Shown piece after piece: positions 54,946-64,000 of a stretch of DNA of 64,000 nucleotides (positions within the stretch are counted from its first letter, which is position 1; every line of letters begins with the position of its first letter). Source of the stretch: Lytechinus pictus. Lineage: Eukaryota. Below the pieces are notes generated by a model that saw nothing but the letters and a program-made list of their open reading frames with translations, did not search any database and was not told the DNA's origin. The stretch is from NCBI RefSeq assembly GCF_037042905.1, contig NC_087245.1, positions 20,896,001 through 20,960,000 on the forward strand, in the 5' to 3' direction. Both the position numbers and the translations under genes were made by a program.

Positions 54946-55769
54946 GCATAACTGATGGCGGTGATATCATGAGAAATTACTGTCCCAATGATATATTTAA
55001 ATAGTTGGGTATACAACAAAGAGCAATAACACATACTAGATAGATGATGAACTAAGACGTCTTGAAAATTTAATTTCCATGCTTCCTTTCAATTTCAATA
55101 AAATTTGCTCAAGCATTTTCTAAATCTTATCAGTCAATCTGCATACTTATCTCACCATTTATCCTGGATGCTTCAAAGGCAGGATTAATGGTAAAAATGT
55201 TTACATAAAATTTGTTGCTAATAAATCTAATAAGTCTGTTGCGACATCTCTCTCATGTAAAGGATTTAGTCTTCAAGAGCCTGAGGAATCCTGTTGAAGA
55301 GCTCTTTGCTCTTAAAGACAAGCTTGGAACACCCTTTAAACCTTATGTAGACACTTTTGATGTTAAATGCCTCACAGTCTCATTTTAAGAAGAGATGGAA
55401 ATACACGCAGAACAGAGCGAAATTGTGTAGGTGCTCGATAATCCTTTACTGTAAGCTTGTTTATCATTATCTTCATTATTGTTATCTAAGAAGACACTTA
55501 TATAATTTCTTAAAACCAAAGAACGGGGATTATCCTTTTAGTGGTTACAATTTCATAAACCTCATCATACAGTCATCCCTTCATTTTCTTTTCCATTAAT
55601 TAATTTTTTTATTTTTTATTTATTACTTTATTTAAAAAAAGAGTATTGTGTTGCTTGATAAGACCTTTCAGGTTGGAAATACAATTGGGGAAATATGAAT
55701 ATATTCTGCATTTTTAGTTGTCGTAAATATGATTTGCAGCAACTACGCCTAAGAAAAATAGGCGGTCAG

Positions 55770-56298
55770 TTTGAGTTGAGATTTAAGATTCAAAGTCTTA
55801 TATCGTTTGTGCAGGATTAAATGGTTTTCTTGGCAATGCGCTTTCATCCTGCAGTATATGACACCTAGATAGATCCTTGTCATTTGATTGGTTGGTCGAT
55901 ATCGATCATTCAGCCGATTTTACAATGACGTCATCAACCGTGCAATTTTGGATCCATACAATTTTTCCATTGCACACGCGCACCCATACTTGCAGGCACC
56001 ACTTGCATTGCAGCGCGCAAGTTGTACGCGATAATCAACAGACCAAGCTTGCACTGCATGAGCATATTTTGCATCGAAATTCACAAATTTCATCTGAAAA
56101 AGAATCTATTTTTAGGTGTCATATAAACCACATAATAAATGTTCTTTTCATTCGTGCAATGGACAGAATACTTCATTCGGTGAAAGATGAAATGAATGAT
56201 CCATTCAACTTGGCTATGCCTCGTTGAATGGATCATTTCATCTTTCACCTCATGAAGTATTCTGTCCATTGCACTCATAAACATTCATTATTTGTATA
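55770..56298. mobile_element. Non-autonomous element ending in a long hairpin (Crypton-like, tentative)
   Basis: A CpG-richer body is followed by a ~52-bp stem (56154-56209 / 56223-56274) with the loop TTGGCTATGCCTC. The left boundary is approximate and the family assignment is inference. Confidence 0.55.
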
Positions 56299-59200
56299 CT
56301 GAAACACACCCAATCAAGTTATAACTGGAGCTTGTTATAACTTTATCTGAAACTTTTTTTTAGAAAGCACAGGTGTTTTGAGTTTTATTCCTTGTCATCT
56401 TTATCGATTTTTCTTTCCCATTCGTCCTCTTTTTCTGCCAGTAGCCTGCAGGGCTGTGATTTGTGGCTTTCATATTGGTAGTAGCAACATTTGCTAGCCG
56501 GTGGCTATTTATAGTTGCCTGTTTGGATTTGCGGCCTTTCTGCTGCGATGAGTTCCTACTGTTTGTTGAGAAAGCGGCACTGATCTCTTCGATAACGATG
56601 ACAGCGTGTAATGACGAGTTGGAGAGCTCGTACATGAGATTGGGAAGAAGTGTTATTCAGAGTTGTATCATAAGTAGACAACAGGAAGTTAATTCTCACA
56701 CAAATGGATGCTCTGTTGGATTTGATATGTGTAATATTGCGCCTAGTGGCAACCTTTGCATGAAAATTGTTTACAGACTGACATGTACAGTATGTAAAAA
56801 GAATGATGTTGATGGTATTTCTCATATTTTTAAGGTTAGGAATAACTACATTTTGCAAAAATAGCGTTTAAAAACAATTTTGCCTGTCACTAATGAATGA
56901 AAGAACTGTAACCGAACAGTGGAATGAGAGTAGATACAGATCAGTGGATCACCATGGCAATGAAAGTTTGTCAGAATTATACACAAACTAAGCCAGCATA
57001 TGATGGAAGCTTTCACATCAAATGACCTAATACCCCTCAGTTATGCTGATTATATTACTCCAAGTTATACCTGATCATTGATCTTCATCCTTCGCTAGTG
57101 AAGACGACCACAACTTCAAAAAAAAACTACTAGGGAAAATTTGCACCACATTATGCACAGAATCTCTCGAGGAGCTGTAAAAGTATATCAGAAGAGTTGA
57201 TGTGATTCTGAATTATCTGCACTGGCAGGATGGGGAAATATGATACGATACAAACAACACCATTTCCAAAGCCTTCTCTAAAAGCATGTTATCTCACATT
57301 AGCCAGTACGAGTGGGAATTTTCCTCTGTGTTTATACAGAGAAACTAAATTCAGGCTCATGTCAAACGGATTCGAGAGGTTCCGAGAATAACATGCTCTA
57401 CCTCAAAAGGTGGCGGATGGAAAAATGGCATATGCCATGTCTATACAGAAACAAGATTTGAGATGTCGTCCTCTTGAATCCGCTATACAGGATTCCGCTG
57501 GAATAAGCTAGAGTTTAAATTTTCTGTATAAACTCAACATAAGTCTTTCCTAAATGTCTAATACAAACCCGTGTGTAGTCTTGACAAGTAGAGCACCCTG
57601 GGGAGCAAGGAAGACAGGAATAAGAAGGTTTTTTATCTTTTCCTCCATCTCTTTCCATCTTGTCTGGTGCATCTACCATTCTCTGCTCCCTGGTTTAGGT
57701 TTCTACCGTGAGGCCTGATGAGGCTTTTTCTCTGTCCGCAGCTGATAAGCGGTACACCGAACCCTGGTGAAAGGATACCCATGATGGGAGTATAAATGAA
57801 AGCCGTACTCTGTGATGCATTCTGCATGCAAAACAGGTTGTCCTTGTTTCTGAGACCCTAACTGGAAGTTTGTTTGAGAGTGTTTTCATGTCCAGAATCA
57901 GAATGAAAGAAAGTGTTGAAAATAACAAAGAAAGTGTTGGACATGAAATTTACAATTAGTGTGTATCGAAAATTTCCATTTCAGCAATATTCTTACTTTT
58001 CCTGATGAATTCTGTTATGCTACTGGTGATTTTTAAAAAGATTTGCTGGACACCATTTGCATTTACTCTGTACATGCCGAAGTTGTGTTTAAGACCACAC
58101 AAGATACATAAATCTTTTGTTTGACTTAATTTTGTGGCATGTTAAGAGACAATGAGGTATCTTCCTCATTATTCAAACTATTTGAATGAAATTAAATTTC
58201 TAACTTTCATGTAAAGATGTGGTCTACCTTTTCAGTCTTCACAATTGTTTGGAAGAATATAAATTTTCAAACATGCTAAGCTCTTCTGGAGGATTTTACT
58301 GCACACCGTTTTCCATCTGGGAATGTTTATTTTCCCTTAAAAAAAAAAAAGAAGCAAATTATGCATGGGAGATCTACCTTTAATAATTGCTTTTTGTCCT
58401 TCCTCATTTGTTTCTTAAGCCTACATATAGTTGGTAGCAATTTGAAATATTTATTTCCCACAAACAAATAGGACTACAGGCTCATAGCTATTAGTATCTA
58501 AATCAAAAATATAATTTAATGTGAAAAATGTACCTTAAAAGTGCAATCGAGCTTCACGTTGATTTCTTTGAACATCCAGCTCTACAGAACCTTGCCTTTC
58601 ACTTTTCATATCTGTGATGGAGAAAGGACCTGCAACCCCCGGCAAAGAAGAGCTGTATTATGATTGAATCCCCTCCCTCACCCCCTCTCCCTGCATCGTT
58701 CTGAGCTTGATATTGTATACACCCCTTAATGAATTGATTGAAAAACTAGTAAGCCCTTTCCTCCAGTCTCCGATTGAATCTAGCTTAATGAATTCCTGAC
58801 TATACCTATGGGGAAATCAGGTGGTAAGTCGGCAAGAAGCTACACTGGGATTTCCCGGGCGTCTGAGCACGTACTATCTTCCTGCATGTACTGTTTAGAA
58901 TTGCATTTGTATATTAGTTTGAAGTAAGAAGGGATTAACTTGCGATTCTATGAAGCGGCAGTGCCCTTCTGTTGTTAAACGAATGATTTTCTTTTGAAAG
59001 TATTATTATTGGTAGCTTGAGGAGGTAGTCTAGACAAGATGTGAACACCATACAAAGAGATGTTAAAAAGAAAACAAATCAAGACCTTAAATGGGACAGA
59101 GCTTTTTACCTCCGCCTTGAAAACATGGCATTGTAACCCTTCCCCCCATTTTGTTAGTGTTTTTCTTGTAATTGTGAAGAATTTAAAAAACATAATGGAA

Positions 59201-59475
59201 CCAAGATTTCATAAACAAGACAATTACCCTACTTTGGATTGCCATTTATTCTCGGAAAGTACCAAAACTTTGTTTGCAGTACATTGTGCAGGAGACAAAA
59301 AAAATATTCCACTAAATGACTATATGCTAGGTATATTTTGGTAAATGCTGCTGATAGAATACTTTGATACTTAGTATCTTGGGGCTAATGAATCCTATTT
59401 CAAATGTCAAAATAATTTTCATATGGGTTTAATGATTCACATAGTAAACAAAAGTTTCCTCATCCATGGCACTAA

Positions 59476-59977
59476 GGGTGTCTTCAACCTCGATTTTCAA
59501 ATCTTGACAGTAACATGAATCATGATTGAAAATGTTATTATAAAACACCGAACACAAACATGATCAGCAGCAATGCACCGTTCAGTGTTGAAAATATAAA
59601 GCTGTTTATACGTTGATCGTCTTCAGATTTCCCGCTTTTGTTAGTGCAACTTTATTGCGCAGTATGACCCATCACAAGGAAGGACAATTCTAGCACATGC
59701 TTGGGTAGGCTTCCACTGCGAGAGCAAATTTAAAGACGTTTCAAAACTCAAATGCTGAAGGTCGTAAACTCTGAGCTGATTGCGTTTCTAAACGTTACTT
59801 TTTTGACGTTTAAATTTTCATCTGAATCGTGATGTAAAAGACGGTTACTTTTAAAGACAGAGAATGGAGGACATTGAACACACCCTTTGTTTCTCCTTAC
59901 ATCTGCATTTTGTAATAGCATTTTCAATCAAGATTCAAATTGCTGTTTAAATTTGGAAACCAACTTTGAACACACCC
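59476..59977. mobile_element. PIF/Harbinger-type MITE (old)
   Basis: TAA TSD (59473-59475 and 59978-59980) with degenerate TIR GGGTGTCTTCAA..TTTTCAAAT / ATTTGGAAACCAACTTTGAACACACCC. An extra internal TTGAACACACCC lies at ~59874-59885. Confidence 0.7.
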
Positions 59978-60822
59978 TAAACAGTATTTGAAACTTGATC
60001 AATGATATCAAATTTCGCATGGTGATGCCCACTTGTCTGACTAGACCAGTACAAACATGAATAAAAGCAACTATAAGCTAACTGCATTTATTTTGTCTGC
60101 ATGTAGTTGCTAATAAATGCCGACAGATACAAGTCACATTGAGCTTAAACTGAAGGCAGCACATAGATTGATAAAGAGGATCAAAGAATATAATATAAAG
60201 AAAAAGGTCTAGATACATTGGAAAGTGACTTGAATAGTACCATGTATCATGCCTGGATATATGGATCACAAATCTTGGTCGTCAGACAGGCAGTCTACTC
60301 TAAAAGCCAATTCTATATTCTAATTAATCCACTTTTAACAGATCACTCAAGACACAGAGAGAGCTGCCGATGGTTGATGGAGAAATATCCACAAAGTATT
60401 AAAACTGTAATGCTTGATTCATTTAAGTCTTGAAGGTGAAAATGTGAACAAGCTATTTTGATTTTTTGGTCTTTATCAGTCTTGTTAATGTCATGATTTT
60501 TGAATGACTTAAATAAAAAAAAAAAGAAGGATAGTAATCCTCTTGATAGGGTGTGGCTATACAGTGTGTTTTAGAAAAAAAGTAATCCAAAGCTAGAAGA
60601 CTGGTATTCAAATTATATTTAATTTGGGGAAATAAGTCTGCATGGGTATGAAAGAAAAACTTATTAGCTTTCCATTGATACCCACTTCGTACCATCTGTT
60701 CCATGCATGACCGAATTAATTGATGTTGAAGACAACAGGTGCAGATACCACTTTTTGAAAACTTGAGGAAAGGGCAGATGCTGATGTAAATTCTTTCATT
60801 GATGCCTGAACTGCCAAAAATC

Positions 60823-61862
60823 TTGATTGGGCCTTTTTCTTCCAGAGGAGTGTAATACCCCTTTCATATTGCGCTTTTCACCGGCGAAGTTCGCCAGCGA
60901 AGGGGAAAGTGTCCAGTATGAAAGGTACACAGGAGAACTTCACCGGTGAACTTCGCCGGTGAACTTCTCCACCTCTAGAGGTGGAGAACTTCGCCGGCGA
61001 AACTGTTTCACCGGCGAAGTTCGCCGGTGAAAAGGCCAGTATGAAAGCAAACCGGAGAACTTCTCCTCTTTAATGACGTCAGAGGTCAATTTTTTTTCTC
61101 TCCCGAAGTCCCTTGTACCGAGATTCCGCGCGCGATAGTTGCAAGCTCAGCTGAATGCTATGGCCAAGTAGATACCCTCGAACATAATTTTTTTTTTACT
61201 AACAATATTTATTAAAAAGCACTTTTTACATGTATAAAATGCGCTAAAATATTTTTTAAAAGGTGATATTGTTTGTTTTTATCGTAATACTTCCAAAATA
61301 TGTTATTATTATTTTTTTGATACCTTTTGTAATAGGCAAGAAGTAATGTATTACAATTTTCTTTCGTTTGTTCTGCAATCGCCTGTTGACTTTCGCCGGG
61401 GAAGAAATGTCAGTGCGAAAGGGTACATTTTTTTCTTCGCCGGGGAAGTGAGGAATGCGAGGCGGAGAAGTTCGCCGGTGAAGTTCACCGGTGAAAAATG
61501 AAGAGGGCAGTATGAAAGGGGTAAGAGTGGGTGAATGAACTTGCAAATGATTAAGGAGCAGATTGTACCACAGTCGTTGGGCCAACATTTTGAGACACAG
61601 GTTCGAGGAGTGAACCTGCATCTTTGGTGGATTCAGGACTAGCACTCCTGTCCTTTGTTTTAACATTGTTCGAGATAGACTCAAAGAACTCTTTGGACAT
61701 CAAGTTGTTGCCCTCAACCATGACGTAGAATGGCCACCAAGACCCCCTGACCTCGCGCCCTGTGATTATTTCCTTTGGGGACACTTAAAAAACAAGGTAT
61801 TTGTAATTCCTCCTCAAGATCTTGATGATTTGCAGGGTCGAATTCGACATGAGGTGGAGAGG
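60823..61862 (+). pseudogene. DD41D transposase C-terminal remnant (frameshifted, split by a MITE)
   Basis: Manual translation: LIGPF.. [MITE] ..LQMIKEQIVPQSLGQHFETQVRGVNLHLWWIQD(+1 nt)STPVLCFNIVRDRLKELFGHQVVALNHDVEWPPRPPDLAPCDYFLWGHLKNKVFVIPPQDLDDLQGRIRHEVE. There are 41 codons between Asp 61637-61639 and Asp 61764-61766. Confidence 0.9.
60856..61523. mobile_element. MITE nested in the transposase remnant, with many palindromic TTC(A/G)CCGG(C/T)GAA subterminal motifs
   Basis: TIR TACCCCTTTCATATTG / CAGTATGAAAGGGGTA. The left flank is TAA and the right flank AGA, so the TSD is imperfect. A 24-bp perfect palindrome lies at 60965-60988. Confidence 0.85.
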
Positions 61863-63203
61863 AGGAAATGTTGAAGGTGATGGTGAATAAGACATTAACC
61901 TTTCAATAATCATTTCAGAGGAATGCCTTGACTCTTCATTCCAAAAATTACTTTTTACATTTTATTCTATCTAGCGCACATTTTACCCTCTACCAAAACT
62001 TGGAAAAAGTGGTATCTGCACACGTTGTCTTCAACACCAATTAATTCAGTCATGGCTGGCACAGATGGTACGAATTGGGTATCAATAGAAAGCTTATGAG
62101 TTCCTCTTTCATACCCGTGCAGAATAATTTCACAAAATTAAATATAATCCGAATACCGGCCCTCTAGATTTGGATTACCTTTTTTCTGAAATGCACTGTA
62201 TAATTATTTTCCTAGTTTAAAGTTAAAAGAATATTAGGTTCAATAGGCTAAAATTATTTGTTTAATACCTATTTGAAAAACATGTGGCAAATATAATGTA
62301 TTATCTCTTGTCAGGCTCATTATAGGCTAGTTCTTTTTCTGTTTTCTGTTTTCTGTTTTCCACCTTTTTACTTTGTATCTCATCCTATAGATTTATTTTT
62401 ATCTTTGTTTTTATTTAACTATCAATATACCTCTCAAACTCATCTTTTTATTTCTTTCTCTTTCTAGCTAGCAGACGCACACATACATTCCAAAACATTC
62501 ACAATTATGATGACCCAGAATTTTTAAACCTGTTTGAAATTTCAGAACCAGATATATTTTCATCGCTCTTGAGCAGTTTTCTGTTTAAAAGCGATTGTCA
62601 CAAACGAGTCTCGAGGGAAGTATCTAATTCTGTAACAGGATGAGAAATGAAGCAATTACCAGGTCCTTTGTGTCAACTTAAGACAATGTCTGACGTGTGC
62701 CTGCAACAAAATTATATCATTCCCCACCAGGCCCTTATGGCCAGCCCCTTCAGGGTCCTTCAAATTGAAGGGCAAAGTCCCAAATTCACTTGACCTTTTG
62801 ATCACTCCAGAAAACGAGAGACACACAAAATAAGCCCAAAACGGAGAGAGAATCTTGGTTGGTCTCTCCGTTAATCAAGTCCAATTAATCATTCTTTTCA
62901 TTATTCATTGACGAAGAGTAGATAATCAAGACATGTATAGTTAATCATAATAGTTTTTAGTCATTAAATATTCAATCATTCTTGGTTGTGTGTTTTAATA
63001 TCTTAAAATGTCATTTCTCTATGATGTAATATTCATGCTTAGAAAGATGGTGTGTGAATACAAATCTTCCAGACGGCTCCTCATTTTTAATGTAAGGATC
63101 TAGTATAAAATGTCATTTCCGATTGCATGGATAGTGTAATAGCGGGTCAATAGACATAGTAACTAAAAGATGTTTAATAATAAAAATTAGAAAGTCAAAA
63201 AGG

Positions 63204-63243
63204 GGCCTAAGCTTTCGATCCTAGCAGAATCTTCGTTGGAGGC
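63204..63243 (-). ncRNA. Degenerate minimal type I hammerhead ribozyme motif (Penelope-like/retrozyme remnant), probably inactive
   Basis: The minus strand reads GCCU-CCAACGA-A-GAUUCU GCU AGGAUC-GAAA-GCUU-AGGC. It has stem I GCCU/AGGC, a 6-bp stem II, GAAA and a palindromic AGCU stem III. The core CUGA reads CCAA. Confidence 0.5.
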
Positions 63244-64000
63244 AAAATAATAAAAATGTTAATCATTTGCCTCTTAATTATACTGAATTATTTATGTAAC
63301 TTGTAAATGTGATATCTAGATGTAGCGTCTAATGTGCTATTGTCTCCATATTCACCCATTGTATTACTAAATTGGTATCAATTTTACTCTTGCATTCAGC
63401 CTTAAAAAAACTAAATCACATGACATATAGGAGGAAGGGGGCTGCTTGCATTTGATGGCACAAAACAAAAAATTAAAAAATAAGAATCCAATAAACTGTT
63501 TTTCTTCCATGATTTGTTTGCCAAATCTTAATTAAGATTTTCCCAATTTGTCTTTGTTATTAAAACCTGTTTGATATTAGGGTGAAGCTTACTATTGTAA
63601 AATACATTTTTTTCGAAGTGAATAAAAAAACCCCAATAGTAACAGATCTAAACCACAAATGACACTTTGAATTGTAGACTCAGAGATTGTGAGATTATGT
63701 TACACATTCTCATACCCTTAAAACATGCATGGAAGTACACCTGTAAGATGTGACCTCCTCCATCAATACAGGCATTATGTCCAGAGTGTAAAATTTCACT
63801 CCCTGGGTTCTGTTGCAGAAAGTAATCACAAAATCTTGCTTCAAGATTTTTTTACAAACTCACAAGAAGAATTCAAATAAACCATGTTTTTTTTGTTAAG
63901 GAAGTTGAAACTTTTTGGGGCAGAAAGTGTAATAAAGGAAGCATAGAGCTGAATTTGTTCTTGATATACTACGAAGTGTTTTTTTTTGGTCAAAATAGTC

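Larger units (their letters stand above)
60562..62198 (+). mobile_element. Internally deleted Tc1/mariner element, DD41D (rosa/Visitor) family, with long TIRs
   Basis: TA TSD (60560-60561 and 62199-62200), CAGTG...CACTG termini and ~200-bp diverged TIRs. A transposase remnant lies inside. Confidence 0.92.

Noticed and set aside
54384..55034. Longest ORF in the track (216 aa, minus strand)
   Set aside because: It is the antisense of a GA-rich low-complexity tract, is L/S/P/F-biased and has no domain motif.
56463..56864. 133-aa ORF downstream of a pyrimidine tract with AG acceptors at ~56441 and ~56451
   Set aside because: It has a non-ATG start, no recognisable motif and no convincing donor, so I cannot support it as an exon.
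61256..61784. Minus-strand ORFs of 142 aa and 77 aa
   Set aside because: They are antisense shadows of the MITE and the + strand transposase remnant.

Overview
AT-rich eukaryotic (animal) genomic DNA. The repeat repertoire resembles a marine deuterostome such as a sea urchin, which is an inference only. The window has no intact protein-coding gene, rRNA, true tRNA or CRISPR array, and the ORF track is almost entirely spurious (microsatellite or random ORFs). It reads like a very large intron or intergenic tract packed with non-autonomous DNA transposons whose TIRs and TSDs are directly visible: CACTA-like, hAT, PIF/Harbinger, Kolobok-like, Sola-like, piggyBac-like and Crypton-like. It also holds two tRNA-derived SINE families, a Helentron/pearl-type element with an internal tandem array, and microsatellites. 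The only recognisable protein remnant is a pseudogenised Tc1/mariner DD41D transposase at 60.6-62.2 kb, interrupted by a MITE. The best host-gene candidate is a + strand alternative first exon (ATG 34941, donor after 35033) behind a CpG-richer ~1.4 kb leader. Other items of note are a degenerate Penelope-type minimal hammerhead ribozyme, DR1 nuclear-receptor motifs amplified in a tandem array, and recurrent RFX X-box motifs. I found no convincing novel multi-gene system.
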